Notes: generated from the sequence alone by a model not told the origin. Shown: positions 18,110 to 31,862, numbered from the stretch's first letter. The stretch is DNA of 64,000 nucleotides from Candidatus Omnitrophota bacterium (GCA_017992455.1 JAGOOP010000004.1:24567-88566); one strand, 5' to 3'. Numbers and translations are program-made.

Positions 18110-19083
18110 TTATTCGTTAGCTTGGTAAAGATCATCCTTCCGGCAGGGGTCTGCAGGACGGACGTCACGGCAACCTTGACCTCCTGGCCGATGAGCCGGC
18201 GCGCCTCTTCGACGACCACCATGGTGCCGTCGTCAAGGTATCCGACCGCCTGGTTGTACTCCTTGCCTTCTTTGAGAAGCTTCAACGTCATCAATTCGCC
18301 CGGGAATACGACGGGCTTGAGCGCGTTCGCCAGCTCGTTGATGTTGAGCACCTTCACTCCCTGGAAGCTCGCCACGTGGTTCAGGTTGAAATCGACGGTC
18401 ATGATCTTGGCTTCGAGCAGCTGCGCAAGCTTGACGAGCTTGGCATCGACCTCTTTGATATCGGGGACGTCGTCGTCATGCAGCGACAGATTGACCCCGG
18501 TCTCTTTCTGTATGGAATTGAGGATCTCAAGCCCCCGCCTGCCGCGCTGGCGCTTGATCGGATCGGTGGAATCGGCGATCTGCTGCAGCTCTTTCAGGAC
18601 GAATTTCGGCACGATGATCTTGCCTTCGAGGAATTTTGTCTTAAGGATATCCGTGATCCTGCCGTCGATGATGACGCTGGTGTCGAGCAGGGTCAGTTCC
18701 TCGTTCTGATCCTGCCGGCGCAGGCGCACATAGGGGATGATGATATTGAACTCGTCCTTTCCCCGCAGGCCGATCACCATGCCCAGATAACAGAACACGA
18801 GCGTCAGGATCGTCCTGCTGATCGCCAGGCTCTCCGGGGGTATCGGCATCAGGTAGAACGCATCCCCCACGAGTTTCGCCATGATAAGGCCGAGGATAAG
18901 GCCGAAGACGCTCGATGACAGGCCGCGCACCGATACGGACCGCATCCCCAGTTCCAGCGCCACGATCACCACGCTGACGACCGCGCCCACTCCGGCGCCG
19001 ACCCAGGAATTGACGCCGGCTAATTGATATCCGACCATGGTGCTGGCAACGATAAAAAGAAAACGCAATGATATCAGGTTCAT
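18106..19083 (-). CDS. membrane-anchored PIN/TRAM-domain protein (YacL-like)
   Basis: Four N-terminal hydrophobic helices, PIN core [12 protein letters not shown]-terminal TRAM-like [21 protein letters not shown]; position between radA and ispD. Confidence 0.75.
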   Translation of the reverse strand: MNLISLRFLFIVASTMVGYQLAGVNSWVGAGVGAVVSVVIVALELGMRSVSVRGLSSSVFGLILGLIMAKLVGDAFYLMPIPPESLAISRTILTLVFCYLGMVIGLRGKDEFNIIIPYVRLRRQDQNEELTLLDTSVIIDGRITDILKTKFLEGKIIVPKFVLKELQQIADSTDPIKRQRGRRGLEILNSIQKETGVNLSLHDDDVPDIKEVDAKLVKLAQLLEAKIMTVDFNLNHVASFQGVKVLNINELANALKPVVFPGELMTLKLLKEGKEYNQAVGYLDDGTMVVVEEARRLIGQEVKVAVTSVLQTPAGRMIFTKLTNK

Positions 19084-19085
19084 TT

Positions 19086-20483
19086 CTAAGCCCTCCCTCC
19101 AATGACAATATCCATCGCTTCCTTAAGCGTGGAAACAGGGACCAGCTTGATGGTGTTCCCTCCCATTTTCAATCCCTTGATGCTGTTCGCCGGCACGACG
19201 CACTGTTTGAATCCGAGCTTCTGCGCCTCGTTGAGCCGTATGGATATCTGCGATATGCTGCGGATCTCCCCGGTCAAGCCCACTTCACCGAGCACTGCCG
19301 TGTCCGCGGGCGCGGTCCGGTCAAGGAACGCGGACGCGACCGCAAGGGCCACGCCGAGATCGCACGCGGGATCTTCGACCTTGAAGCCTCCGGCGATATT
19401 CACGAAGATATCCTGCGCCTCGAGCGCCAGCCCCATGCGTTTTTCAAGGACCGCGACGAGAAGCGTCAAGCGGTTGAAATCGAACCCCTGCGCCCTGCGC
19501 GTGGCATACCCGAAATTCGACCGGGAAACGAGCGCCTGGACCTCAACCAGAAGCGCCCGGCCGCCCTCGACGGATGAAACGACGAGCGACCCCGGGACGT
19601 TGTGCGGCCGCTCGGACAGGAATATCTCCGAGGGGTTGCTGACTTCCTTCAATCCCTCCGACGCCATCTCGAAAACGCCGATCTCGTTGGTGGAGCCGAA
19701 CCGGTTCTTGACCGCGCGCAGGATCCGGTATGTCGAGAACCGGTCGCCCTCAAAATACAGGACCGTATCGACGATATGCTCGAGCACCCGCGGCCCCGCA
19801 AGCGTCCCTTCCTTGGTCACGTGGCCGATGATGAATACCGACGTGCCGGTCGATTTGGCAAGCTGGGTCAGGATACCCGCGCACTCGCGGACCTGGCTGA
19901 CGCTGCCCGGCGCCGATCCGACCGCCGTATCGAACATCACCTGTATTGAATCGATAAAAACGATATCCGGCTTCAACTGCCGGATGTACCCGGTGACGAG
20001 CGAAAGGTCCGTCTGGTTGACGATATATAATTTCCCCTGCTGCGCGTGCGCGCCGAGCCGCTGTGCGCGCAGTTTCGTCTGCGCCACCGATTCCTCTCCC
20101 GAAACATACAGGACGGTCCTGCCCCCGGCGGAAAGCTGGTTCGATATCTGAAGGGAGATCGTCGATTTGCCGATGCCCGGGTCGCCGCCGATCAAAACGA
20201 CGGATCCGGCCACGATGCCGCCGCCGAGGACCCGGTCGAGTTCGGCGATGCCGGCGGACGTGCGGCTGCCCTCTGCCGGCTCGACGTCTTTTAAAAGCAC
20301 GGGCGGCCGGTCATATCCGGCGCCGCGCCGGCCTCCTGCGGGGGATGCGGGGGGCGCAAAATCCTCCTCGACGAACGAGTTCCAGCTGCTGCAATCCGGG
20401 CATTTGCCCAGCCACTTCGGGGACTGGTACCCGCACCGCTGGCATGCAAAAACGCTTTTTTTTCTGGCGATAGTCCGGTTCAT
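19086..20483 (-). CDS. radA: DNA repair protein RadA/Sms
   Basis: Zinc finger [18 protein letters not shown], Walker [16 protein letters not shown] motif, Lon-like C-terminus. Confidence 0.9.
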   Translation of the reverse strand: MNRTIARKKSVFACQRCGYQSPKWLGKCPDCSSWNSFVEEDFAPPASPAGGRRGAGYDRPPVLLKDVEPAEGSRTSAGIAELDRVLGGGIVAGSVVLIGGDPGIGKSTISLQISNQLSAGGRTVLYVSGEESVAQTKLRAQRLGAHAQQGKLYIVNQTDLSLVTGYIRQLKPDIVFIDSIQVMFDTAVGSAPGSVSQVRECAGILTQLAKSTGTSVFIIGHVTKEGTLAGPRVLEHIVDTVLYFEGDRFSTYRILRAVKNRFGSTNEIGVFEMASEGLKEVSNPSEIFLSERPHNVPGSLVVSSVEGGRALLVEVQALVSRSNFGYATRRAQGFDFNRLTLLVAVLEKRMGLALEAQDIFVNIAGGFKVEDPACDLGVALAVASAFLDRTAPADTAVLGEVGLTGEIRSISQISIRLNEAQKLGFKQCVVPANSIKGLKMGGNTIKLVPVSTLKEAMDIVIGGRA

Positions 20484-20516
20484 CGTGATGACCGCGCGGG
20501 CGTGTTTATCGGGCGT

Positions 20517-21206
20517 TTATTTCCTCGGGGCGGGCTTTTCCTTACCCTTCCAGAACAATTTCCACGGATGACTCTTGAGGTCCACGACAAGCGCCTCGAG
20601 CTCGTTGTAGATCTCATCCTCGTATAAAAGCTTGCCGACGGTGCCTTCGCCGTTCTTGATGCGGGACACCCCGTCGTCGATGTTGAGCGTCAGGGTCTTT
20701 ATGGAATCCGCCACGCCGTTGATGCTCGTCAGCGTGGTGTCCAGTCTGGTCGCAAGGTTCTTTGCGAGCTCCCCGAACTCCTGCATGGCGAACGGGTCGT
20801 TGCCGACCATAGTGTCCCCGTCCTTGAGCACGTCGGAAAAGTCCTTTCCCGGCATGATCTCGATATATTTCTCCCCGAGGATCCCGAGGGTGTTCACCCA
20901 TACGGTCGAGTCGCGGGGGATATTGATGCTCTTGGTTATGATACTGACCATCCGGACCTTCGGCCGCTCGCCCTTGACCGGGAAGAAGAACTCGATCGCC
21001 TTGATCTCGCCGACGTCGACGCCGGCGAAACGGACGGGCGAGCCGACCTTGACGCCGTTTATGAAATTGAAGGTGAAGTTCACGCGGTAGGTCAACAGGG
21101 TATTCTTGAAATCGCCGATATAGAGGACGAATATCATCAGGACCACCATGCCGGCGAACACGAACCCGCCGACCCTCAATTCGAGCTTGCTCTTGCCGAA
21201 TATCAT
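20517..21206 (-). CDS. mlaD: MlaD/MCE-domain protein
   Basis: N-terminal TM anchor then MCE fold pattern (GSPVRFAGVDVGEI). Confidence 0.75.
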   Translation of the reverse strand: MIFGKSKLELRVGGFVFAGMVVLMIFVLYIGDFKNTLLTYRVNFTFNFINGVKVGSPVRFAGVDVGEIKAIEFFFPVKGERPKVRMVSIITKSINIPRDSTVWVNTLGILGEKYIEIMPGKDFSDVLKDGDTMVGNDPFAMQEFGELAKNLATRLDTTLTSINGVADSIKTLTLNIDDGVSRIKNGEGTVGKLLYEDEIYNELEALVVDLKSHPWKLFWKGKEKPAPRK

Positions 21207-21225
21207 GTCTGCCTCCGTAGTATGA

Positions 21226-21996
21226 TTAGATAAAGCTGTCGGTCGCCTCGGTTATCGGCCCCTTGGCGAGGCCGTTGATGAACTGATGGACGACCGGATG
21301 CGTCGTGTTCTGGATCTCTCCCGGGGTCCCTTCGGCGATGATCTTGCCGTTAAAAAGCATCGCGATGTGATCGGCGATCTTATAGGCGCTTTTCATGTCG
21401 TGCGTGACCACGATCGAGGTCACCTTGAGCTTGTCGTGGAGCGAACGGATCAGTTCGTTGATGGAATCCGCGGTGATCGGGTCCATGCCGGTCGTCGGCT
21501 CATCATAGAGGATGACCTCCGGCTTGATGCAGATCGCGCGGGCCAGCGCCACGCGCTTGCGCATGCCGCCGGACAGCTCCGAGGGCATGAGATTGCCGAT
21601 ACCCGACAAACCGACAAGCGAAAGCGCCTCTTCCACCCGCTCGTATAATTCGTCCCCGCAAACGCCGAAATGCTCGATCAGCTCGAAACCCACGTTCTCT
21701 CCCACGGTCAGGGAATCGAACAGCGCGCCGCCCTGAAAGACCATGTTCATGCGCATGCGCACTTCATCGAGCTGTTTGGGCCTGAGCTGCCAGATGTCCA
21801 GCCCGTCGACATACACGGCGCCGGTATCCGGCTGAAGTATCCCGACCATATGCTTCAACAGCACGCTCTTGCCGCAGCCCGACCTTCCGATGACGACGAG
21901 GGTCGAGCCCTTTTCCACGGAAAGGCTCACGTTGTTGAGCACGCGGTGCGTATTGAAGCTCTTGGTGACGTGTTTGATCTCGATCGTATGCATCAC
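21226..21996 (-). CDS. mlaF: ABC transporter ATP-binding protein (MlaF-like)
   Basis: Walker A GRSGCGKS, signature LSGGMRKRVALARA, Walker B ILYDEPT. Confidence 0.8.
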   Translation of the reverse strand: MMHTIEIKHVTKSFNTHRVLNNVSLSVEKGSTLVVIGRSGCGKSVLLKHMVGILQPDTGAVYVDGLDIWQLRPKQLDEVRMRMNMVFQGGALFDSLTVGENVGFELIEHFGVCGDELYERVEEALSLVGLSGIGNLMPSELSGGMRKRVALARAICIKPEVILYDEPTTGMDPITADSINELIRSLHDKLKVTSIVVTHDMKSAYKIADHIAMLFNGKIIAEGTPGEIQNTTHPVVHQFINGLAKGPITEATDSFI

Positions 21997-22774
21997 GGAA
22001 AAATGAAATAGAACAACGCGGTGAAGAAGCAGTCGCAGGCGATGATAAGGATGAACGAGATGACCACCGATTGGGTGGTCGCCTTGCCCACGCCTTCAGC
22101 CCCGCCTTCGACGTTAAACCCCTCGTAACAGCTCACGAACGCGATGATCATACCGAAAAAAACCGTCTTGATCAGACCCGTAAAAAGGTCCTTGAACTGC
22201 AGGGAATCGAACGCGATCGTCATGTACATCTTGGACGGTATGCCCAGCTTCGTGACGCAGATGATCCATCCGCCGACGATGCCGATCATGTCCGCGAACA
22301 GCGTCAGGATCGGCAGCATCATGGCGAGGGCGACGAACCGCGGCACGACAAGGTATTTGACCGGGTTGGTCGCCAGCGTCGTCAGCGCGTCGATCTGCTC
22401 GGTGACCTGCATGGACCCGAGCTCCGCGGTGATCGAAGCGCCCACGCGGCCCGCGACGATGAGCGCGGTGATGACCGGACCGAGCTCCCGCACGATGGAA
22501 AGCGCGACGATGCTTGCGATATACATCTCGGCGCCGAGCTGACGCATAAGATACGATATCTGGAACGAAAAGATGACGCCGATAAAGAACGAGATGAGCG
22601 CGACGATGAGGAAGCTGTCGAGCCCCGCCTTCTTTGACTGTTCGAGGATACGTCGGCGCTTGTACGGCGGCGTAACGGTCAGGATGACCGTCTGGAACGC
22701 AAGCGACGTGATGCCCCCGAGGAATCCCAGGAAGGTGCGCGTCCGCTCCTCAAGCGTATCTTCGATCCGGCGTA

Positions 22775-22781
<7 letters not shown>
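21993..22781 (-). CDS. mlaE: ABC transporter permease (MlaE-like)
   Basis: 262-aa polytopic permease, overlaps mlaF by 4 nt. Confidence 0.75.
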
Positions 22782-25192
<2,411 letters not shown>

Positions 25193-25219
25193 AGGTCCTC
25201 TCCTTAAGAAAGCTTTGAT

Positions 25220-26269
25220 TTATTTTGCCAGCTTGCTGCGGATCAGTTCCGCGCGTTTGATATCCCGTTCCTGGGACGTGAGTTTCTTATCCTCTATCTT
25301 CTGCAAATGCGCCGGCTGTATCAAAAGGAACAGCTCGTTGACATGCCGGCGGTTGATGTCCTTGATAAGGCCCAGATCGCAGCCGAGGCGCACGAGCGAC
25401 AACAACTCGGTGGTTTCCTGGCTCGTGATGATATGCGCGCTTTTCAATATGCCGTAACTGCGGCTGATCTTGTCCTCGAGCATGCCGCGGTTCGACGCGA
25501 GAAGCGTTTCCCTGCACTGGGATTCCTGCTCGATGATCTGGCGGATCAGGTTATTGATGCTCTGGATGATATCGTTCTCGGATTGGCCGAGCGACACCTG
25601 ATTCGATATCTGGAAAAAGTTCCCGGTCGCCTGCGTGCCTTCGCCGTAGAGGCCGCGCGTCGTAAAGGACAGCTTGGCGATCGCCGCCAGCACCTGATTG
25701 ATCTGGCGCGTCATGACCAGCGCCGGCAGATGCAGCATCACCGACCCGCGCATGCCCGTGCCCGCGTTCGTCGGGCAGGCGGTGAGATACCCCCATTCCT
25801 GAGAGAACGCGAACGGCAGTTCCTTCGCAAGCGAATCGTCGAGCCGGTTCATGGTATCCCACGCCTCGGGCAGGTTGAAGCCGGACTGCATCACCTGCGC
25901 GCGGATATGGTCCTCCTCGTTGATCATGACCGAAACGACCTCCTCCTCGTCCACGATCACCGCTTTCGAATTCGTCTTCTGCGCGTGCTCGTACGACATG
26001 AGATGCCGTTCGACGAGGAATTGCTTATCGACGGTATCGAGCTCCTCGAGGACGAACATGGTCATTTTTTTAAGCACGTCGCTTTTCGCGACCGCCTCTC
26101 TGCAGGTATCAAGCGCGGACTTGCCCTGTTTCTTGCTCGCCCAATGCGGGAACGGTAATTTATCGATATTGCGGGCAAGCCGCAGGCGGCTCGATATGAC
26201 GATATCGCTGTGGGGCCCGGTGCCTTTGAGCCATTCGCACGTATGGGTCAAAAGATCGTTCAATTGCAT
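25220..26269 (-). CDS. mcsB: protein arginine kinase McsB
   Basis: Guanido-kinase signature CPTNAGTGMRGSVMLHLPAL. Confidence 0.85.
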   Translation of the reverse strand: MQLNDLLTHTCEWLKGTGPHSDIVISSRLRLARNIDKLPFPHWASKKQGKSALDTCREAVAKSDVLKKMTMFVLEELDTVDKQFLVERHLMSYEHAQKTNSKAVIVDEEEVVSVMINEEDHIRAQVMQSGFNLPEAWDTMNRLDDSLAKELPFAFSQEWGYLTACPTNAGTGMRGSVMLHLPALVMTRQINQVLAAIAKLSFTTRGLYGEGTQATGNFFQISNQVSLGQSENDIIQSINNLIRQIIEQESQCRETLLASNRGMLEDKISRSYGILKSAHIITSQETTELLSLVRLGCDLGLIKDINRRHVNELFLLIQPAHLQKIEDKKLTSQERDIKRAELIRSKLAK

Positions 26270-26272
26270 GCG

Positions 26273-26824
26273 CTATTCCTTTTTGCTTTCCGGATGTCCC
26301 GACCGCTCGAGTTCCTTGATCTGGTCGCGCAGGCGAGCAGCCTCCTCATACGCCTCCGCCTCGATCGCCTTCTGCAGGCGGATGCGCAAAGCCGCGATAT
26401 CATCCTGCCTGACAACGGTGCGCGCCTCGCGCGGCTCGGCCTTCCTGCGGGGAAGCTTTGCGATGCGCGACGCGGGCGCCTTTCCGCAGTGGAGGTTCGA
26501 CCCGTGTATCCGCTTGAGCAGCGGCCCCAGGAAACTGCGGAACTCCGCATAGCACTCGCCGCAGCCGAGCCGGCCGATCTTCTTGAAATCCTTGAAGGTC
26601 ATGCCGCAGTTCGGGCACTTGAGGACCAGCCCTTCTTTCTCGTCTTTCTGCTTTTCGAAGCCCGCAAGCCCGGCGAGCAGGTCCGACAGGCCGAACTGCT
26701 GCTCCATCTGCGCGCTCTTCTTATGCGCGCATTCCTCGCACAAATGCAGTTCGTTCATCTGGTCGTCGATGATCTCGGTCAGATGCACCGTCGCAGGGTT
26801 CTTGCCGCAAATATCGCATATCAT
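26273..26824 (-). CDS. mcsA: McsA-like activator (zinc fingers + UVR motif)
   Basis: CDICG...CEEC, CPNCG...CGEC fingers; C-terminal UVR helix AIEAEAYEEAARLRDQIKELE. Confidence 0.8.
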   Translation of the reverse strand: MICDICGKNPATVHLTEIIDDQMNELHLCEECAHKKSAQMEQQFGLSDLLAGLAGFEKQKDEKEGLVLKCPNCGMTFKDFKKIGRLGCGECYAEFRSFLGPLLKRIHGSNLHCGKAPASRIAKLPRRKAEPREARTVVRQDDIAALRIRLQKAIEAEAYEEAARLRDQIKELERSGHPESKKE

Positions 26825-26842
26825 GTTCGCGATCCTTTCCGG

Positions 26843-27712
26843 TTAATACTTTACGCCGTCGGTTTTCGTCAATTCCTTGAATGCCTTGATCAGCCTGAGG
26901 GTCATCTTCCCCGGTTTGCCCGTGCCGATGGTCCTGCCGTCGATCTTTACCACCGGGACGATCTCCGCGGCGGTGCCGGTCAGGAAACATTCATCGGCGT
27001 TATATATCTCATGCCGGGTGATGACATGCTCATGGGTCTCGATCTTTTCATTGTCCGCGATCTCCAGCACAGCGTCGCGGGTGATACCGCGCAATGTGCC
27101 CATGCACTGGGGCGGCGTATACAGATGGTTGCCCTTGACGGTAAAAATATTATCGCCGGTACATTCAGCGACATACCCCATATTATCGAGCATGATCGCT
27201 TCGTCGTATCCGAGATTCGTCGCTTCGATCTTCGCCAGGATATTGTTAAGGTAATTGAGCGTTTTCAACTGGGGGTTCAACGCCTCGGGAAGATTGCGCA
27301 CCGTCGGGACCGTAATGATCGCCAATCCTTCTTTGTAGAATTTCTCGGGATACAGCGCTATGGTATCCGCGATGATGATGACCGAGGGGCCGCCCGTGCA
27401 TTTGCGCGGGTCGAGGCCGAGATCGCCCACGCCGCGCGTGACGATCGGCCGGATATAGGCATCGGTCAGGTTATTGGCCTTGAGGGTATCCACGATCGCC
27501 CTGCACATCTGCTCCTGCGTCAGCGGGATCTTCAGCATAAGGCTCTGCGCCGATTCGAACATCCGCACCACATGCTCTTTTAATTTGAACACGCGGCGGT
27601 TGTACGCGCGGATGCCTTCGAAGATACCGTCCCCGTACAAAAGCCCGTGATCGAACACGGACACTTTTGCGTCTTCCTTCTTGACGAATTTCCCGTTCAT
27701 ATAGATCTTCAT
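26843..27712 (-). CDS. ilvE: branched-chain amino acid aminotransferase (class IV)
   Basis: VSVFDHGLLYGDGIFEGIR; ATG 27712 has AAGGAGG 7 nt upstream (ORF track start 27739). Confidence 0.85.
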   Translation of the reverse strand: MKIYMNGKFVKKEDAKVSVFDHGLLYGDGIFEGIRAYNRRVFKLKEHVVRMFESAQSLMLKIPLTQEQMCRAIVDTLKANNLTDAYIRPIVTRGVGDLGLDPRKCTGGPSVIIIADTIALYPEKFYKEGLAIITVPTVRNLPEALNPQLKTLNYLNNILAKIEATNLGYDEAIMLDNMGYVAECTGDNIFTVKGNHLYTPPQCMGTLRGITRDAVLEIADNEKIETHEHVITRHEIYNADECFLTGTAAEIVPVVKIDGRTIGTGKPGKMTLRLIKAFKELTKTDGVKY

Positions 27713-27735
27713 ACCGCTGCCTCCTTGCATGATCG

Positions 27736-28422
27736 TCAATGCGCCAGCAACCCGTCTTTCAGATAATACGTTGTGCGGGCGCTCGCTGCCAGATCCCTGT
27801 TATGCGTGACGAGGATCACGGTCATATCCGTCTGCCGCTGGATCCCCAGCAGCAGGTCGATGATGGCCTGGCCCGTTGCGGAATCGAGATTTCCCGTCGG
27901 TTCGTCGCATAACAGCAGTTCCGGCTTGTTCATGAGCGCGCGCGCGAGCGCCACGCGCTGCTGTTCGCCGCCGGACAACTGCGCCGGAAAATGCCCCATC
28001 CGGTCGGCCAGCCCCGTGCTCTCGAGCAGTTCGACGGCGCGGCCGCGGATATGTCCCGGGCGCGATCTCCTTCCCGCCGATATCAATGCCGGCATGCACA
28101 CGTTCTCGAGCACCGTGAATTCCGGCAGCAAATGATAGAACTGGAAAACGAACCCGATCCTTCTGTTCCGCAGCACCGACAGCGCCGCGTCCGACAAAGC
28201 ATACAGGTCGTGGCCGAACAGCCGCACCGAACCCTGGGTCGGGATATCGAGGCCGCCCAATATATGCAGGAGCGTCGATTTTCCCGCGCCCGACGGCCCC
28301 ACCAGCGCGGTAAAAGTCCCCTTGTCAATGGCAAGGTCGACTCCTTTGAGGACTTCGAGCTCCTTGCCCGCCGACGTATAAACCTTATGGATGTTCTTTG
28401 CTTCGATCATGGCGCTATTCAT
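27736..28422 (-). CDS. lolD: lipoprotein-releasing ABC ATP-binding protein LolD
   Basis: Walker A GPSGAGKST, LSGGEQQRVALARAL; start ambiguous (28422 or 28410). Confidence 0.8.
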   Translation of the reverse strand: MNSAMIEAKNIHKVYTSAGKELEVLKGVDLAIDKGTFTALVGPSGAGKSTLLHILGGLDIPTQGSVRLFGHDLYALSDAALSVLRNRRIGFVFQFYHLLPEFTVLENVCMPALISAGRRSRPGHIRGRAVELLESTGLADRMGHFPAQLSGGEQQRVALARALMNKPELLLCDEPTGNLDSATGQAIIDLLLGIQRQTDMTVILVTHNRDLAASARTTYYLKDGLLAH

Positions 28423-29614
28423 ACCGGAGCGCCTCAACGGGCCTCATCGACGCCGCTTTGAACGCCGGATACACGCACGACACAAGCGTGATGCACATGG
28501 CCGCCGCCGCCACCAGCGCCAGGTCCGGCCACACCTGCAGGGCGACCGGCAGCCGGTCTATATAATACACGTCCTGCGGCAGCTTGATGAACTGGTATTT
28601 TTTGAGCAGATAGCACAGGATGACCCCGCCGGCGGTCCCGGAAAAGGTGCCGGCGAACCCGATGGCCAGCCCCTGCAGCATGAACACCTTCCTGATATCC
28701 GCCGACGACATGCCCAGCGCCTTGAGTATGCCGATATCCTTGGTCTTCTCGACCACCATGACGATCAGCGTCGAGATGATGTTGAAGGACGCCACGAGGA
28801 TGATCAGCGTCAAGATAATGAACATGGTCAGCTTTTCCAGCTTGAGCGCAGCGAAGAAATTCTGGTTCTGCTCCATCCAGGTCTTATACGTGTATTCGTA
28901 GCCGAGCGCGGCCTGAAGCTGGCGCTTGACCGTATCGGCGTAATACACATTGTCCAGTTTTATCGAAAGAGCGCTGATAATGCCTTCGGCCCCCAGTATC
29001 GATTGCGCGCGGCCGAGATCGAAAAAAACAAGGTTCATGTCGTAATCGTACATGCCGGAACTGAATATCCCCGCGACCCGCGCCGTAACGGTCTTCCCGA
29101 GCGCCGAATAGAACGTGAGGGGCGAGCCGAGCCCGGCGCCGAGGTACAGAGCCAGTTCCTTGCCGATGATGACGCTGTCGGCGCCCAGGTCCTGAAGGCT
29201 GCCCTTGACGATACTGCGCGATATGCGGCTCGTCGCCTGTTCCCGCTCCGGATCGATGCCCCTGAACGACAGGGCCATGAACCGTTTGCCCTCGGAGACA
29301 AGCACCTGCCCCTGGACGAACGGACTGACCGCAAGGACGTGCTCGTTCGGCCGGATCTTATCGACCGCGTCGTCGTATTCCGCCGCGTTCATGCCGTCGT
29401 ATTTTGCGACGGTGATATGCGAATAATTGCCGATGATCTTATCGCGCAGGTCGATGTCGAAACCGGTCATGACCGCGATCACGACGATAAGCGCCATGAC
29501 GCCGATGGCGACGCCGAGTATCGAGATAAGGCTTATCAAAGAGATGAATTTCTCTTTGCGTTTGGTGATCAGGTACCGCCAGGCGATGAAAAAACTTACC
29601 GACATGGAGTTCAC
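28415..29614 (-). CDS. lolC: lipoprotein-releasing ABC permease LolC/LolE (FtsX-like)
   Basis: 399 aa, MacB/FtsX architecture, FIAWRYL N-terminus. Confidence 0.8.
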   Translation of the reverse strand: MNSMSVSFFIAWRYLITKRKEKFISLISLISILGVAIGVMALIVVIAVMTGFDIDLRDKIIGNYSHITVAKYDGMNAAEYDDAVDKIRPNEHVLAVSPFVQGQVLVSEGKRFMALSFRGIDPEREQATSRISRSIVKGSLQDLGADSVIIGKELALYLGAGLGSPLTFYSALGKTVTARVAGIFSSGMYDYDMNLVFFDLGRAQSILGAEGIISALSIKLDNVYYADTVKRQLQAALGYEYTYKTWMEQNQNFFAALKLEKLTMFIILTLIILVASFNIISTLIVMVVEKTKDIGILKALGMSSADIRKVFMLQGLAIGFAGTFSGTAGGVILCYLLKKYQFIKLPQDVYYIDRLPVALQVWPDLALVAAAAMCITLVSCVYPAFKAASMRPVEALRYE

Positions 29615-31068
29615 GCAGCCTCTTGGTTGCCGCCGGGGCGCAATAACGGGAACAAAATGACCTCGCGGATGGACGGCTGTCCGGTCAGAAGCATCACGAG
29701 CCGGTCGATGCCGATGCCCAGACCCCCTGCATTGGGCATGCCGTGCTCGAGGGCGAGGACATATTCCTCGTCAACGGTCTTCTGGCCCGATTCGCCGGGA
29801 TCCCTGACCTCTTCCTCGAACCTGCGGCGCTGTTCCTGCGGGTCGTTGAGCTCGGAATAGGCATTGCCGACCTCCATGCCTGCGATAAAAAGTTCGAAAC
29901 GTTCCGACAACAGCGGATTATCGGGCTTCGTCTTCGCGAGCGGGCACAGGCTCGTATAATAATCCGTGACGAACGTCGGATTGACCGACATGCCGGCCTC
30001 AAGGGTATCCTCGATGATCTTGTTGATCTGCGTGCGGCTCAAGACATCCACGTCGCGCGCCGCGCCCCGCTCCTTGAGTTTGGCGAGCATCGCCTCGGGC
30101 GTATCCTGCGGCTCGATGCCGAATTTCTCTTTCACCAGGTCCGCGAACGAAACGCGCTTCCACGGCGGGGTCAGGTCGATCTCTTTACCCTGGAAGCTGA
30201 AATCGAGCTTTCCGAACACCGCCTGCGCGGCGTTAACGATCAGGCTCTCGCACAAATGCATCATGCCCTCGAAATCTGAATACGCGCAATATGCCTCGAG
30301 CATGGTGAATTCCGGATTATGTTTGACGGAGACTCCTTCGTTGCGGAACGACCGGTTGATCTCATACACTTTGTCGAGCCCGCCGACCAGGAGCCGTTTG
30401 AGATACAGCTCAGGCGCTATCCTCAGAAAAAGATCCATGTCATATTCGTTATGGTGCGTTGTGAACGGCCTTCCCGCTGCGCCGCCGGCGATCGGGTGCA
30501 TCATGGGCGTTTCCACCTCGAGAAAACCGCGTTCGTCAAGGGTTTTACGCAGGGACTGGATGATCCGGCTGCGGGCAAGGAACACCCCACGCACGTCTTC
30601 GTTCGATACGAGGTCGAGGTACCGCTGGCGGTACCGTGCCTCGACGTCGCGCAGGCCGTGCCATTTTTCAGGCAGAGGCCGCAATGCCTTTGCCAGGACC
30701 GAGAATTTCTCGACCTTCACGGTCTGCTCATTCGTGTGCGTCAGGAACAATTCGCCCGCCGCGCACAGGAAATCCGCGACCTCGATATTCTCCAGAGCGG
30801 CGAACAGGTCGGCGCCCACGCCGTCCGCCTTGATATAAAGCTGGATCCTGCCCGTGGCGTCCCGCAAATCAGCGAACACGACCTTGCCATGGCCGCGTTT
30901 GGCCGTCAGCCTGCCGCAGATCACGACCTTTTTTCCAGCCTCGAACTCTTCCCTGACCCGTCCTATATCGACATGGCCTGCAAACGGCTTTCCGTAACCC
31001 TGGATCCCGCTCTCTTGCAGGTTTTTGAGCTTCAATATCCTCTGCTGTATCAATTCATGCAATTCCAT
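29611..31068 (-). CDS. lysS: lysine--tRNA ligase (class II)
   Basis: OB-fold N-terminus, FRNEGVSVKHNPEFTMLEAY, GLGIGIDRLVMLL motif 3. Confidence 0.9.
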   Translation of the reverse strand: MELHELIQQRILKLKNLQESGIQGYGKPFAGHVDIGRVREEFEAGKKVVICGRLTAKRGHGKVVFADLRDATGRIQLYIKADGVGADLFAALENIEVADFLCAAGELFLTHTNEQTVKVEKFSVLAKALRPLPEKWHGLRDVEARYRQRYLDLVSNEDVRGVFLARSRIIQSLRKTLDERGFLEVETPMMHPIAGGAAGRPFTTHHNEYDMDLFLRIAPELYLKRLLVGGLDKVYEINRSFRNEGVSVKHNPEFTMLEAYCAYSDFEGMMHLCESLIVNAAQAVFGKLDFSFQGKEIDLTPPWKRVSFADLVKEKFGIEPQDTPEAMLAKLKERGAARDVDVLSRTQINKIIEDTLEAGMSVNPTFVTDYYTSLCPLAKTKPDNPLLSERFELFIAGMEVGNAYSELNDPQEQRRRFEEEVRDPGESGQKTVDEEYVLALEHGMPNAGGLGIGIDRLVMLLTGQPSIREVILFPLLRPGGNQEAA

Positions 31069-31126
31069 AATGCGCCCTCTGTTCCCGAAGCGTATCTATA
31101 TCGCGTAGCAACAACTTAGCTCTTTT

Positions 31127-31155
31127 ATTATATAGTAATCCATCCCCTGTGTCAA
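31127..31155 (-). promoter_or_regulatory. consensus sigma70 promoter for lysS array (TTGACA-17-TATAAT)
   Basis: Reverse strand TTGACA (31155-31150) caggggatggattacta TATAAT (31132-31127); -35 overlaps truB stop. Confidence 0.55.
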
Positions 31156-31856
31156 TCATTAGCGGCAGAGCGGATACTCTCATAGAACGGCTGTATCCTG
31201 GACGGATCAACGTCATCAAGTTCGATTGCCTGTCCGATCTTGAACGGCCCGACAGCGCAGCGTTCCAGCCGTATGATATGGCCGGCAGAGCCCATGTCGC
31301 GGGCCACATCCTCCGCAAGCTGGCGCACATACGTGCCTTTGGAACAACGCATGTAAAAAGAAATATCGGGCAGTGAGAAGCCAATGATCCTGAGATCGTC
31401 TATGCGGACCGGCCTGGGTTGGCGTTCGACCTCCTGCCCCTGTAAGGCAAGGCGGTACAATCGCTTTCCTTTGTGCTTGACGGCGGAGAACATGGGCGGG
31501 GTCTGCATGATGTCCCCGCGGTAACGCGCGAACGCCGCCTGCGCCGTTTCTTCGCTGATATGGTTGAACGGCTTTTCCTCGACGACGGATCCCGAAGAAT
31601 CGCCGGAGTCGGTGCGGCTTCCGAGCCGCAGGACAGCAGAATATTCCTTGTCGAATTTCAGGAACCGGTCGAACAGCCGCGTTGCCCTGCCCACGAGGAT
31701 GACAAGCACGCCCGTGGCGATCGGGTCCAAAGTCCCCGCATGGCCGACTTTTTTCATTCCGATCTTGCGGCGCACCACTGCCACAACATCGTGCGAGGTA
31801 AACCCGCGCGGTTTGTTCACAACGATGATGCCGTCCGGGTTCCGTTGCTGTATCAT
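31152..31856 (-). CDS. truB: tRNA pseudouridine(55) synthase
   Basis: Catalytic motif VGHAGTLDPIATGVL. Confidence 0.85.
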   Translation of the reverse strand: MIQQRNPDGIIVVNKPRGFTSHDVVAVVRRKIGMKKVGHAGTLDPIATGVLVILVGRATRLFDRFLKFDKEYSAVLRLGSRTDSGDSSGSVVEEKPFNHISEETAQAAFARYRGDIMQTPPMFSAVKHKGKRLYRLALQGQEVERQPRPVRIDDLRIIGFSLPDISFYMRCSKGTYVRQLAEDVARDMGSAGHIIRLERCAVGPFKIGQAIELDDVDPSRIQPFYESIRSAAND

Positions 31857-31862
31857 AGCGGA

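Noticed and set aside
26210-27583. Very long antisense ORFs in the track, for example 26210..27583 (+, 457 aa), 28391..29860 (+, 489 aa), 54445..55740 (+, 431 aa), 31473..32714 (+, 413 aa), 22071..22637 and 44030..44725 (-).
   Set aside because: Each lies opposite a gene with unmistakable family motifs (ilvE/mcsA, lolC, nikOQ, hldD, mlaE, hypF). Their products are Arg/Ala/Pro/Asp/His-rich low-complexity strings of the kind GC-rich DNA produces on the non-coding strand. None has an RBS or a recognisable motif.
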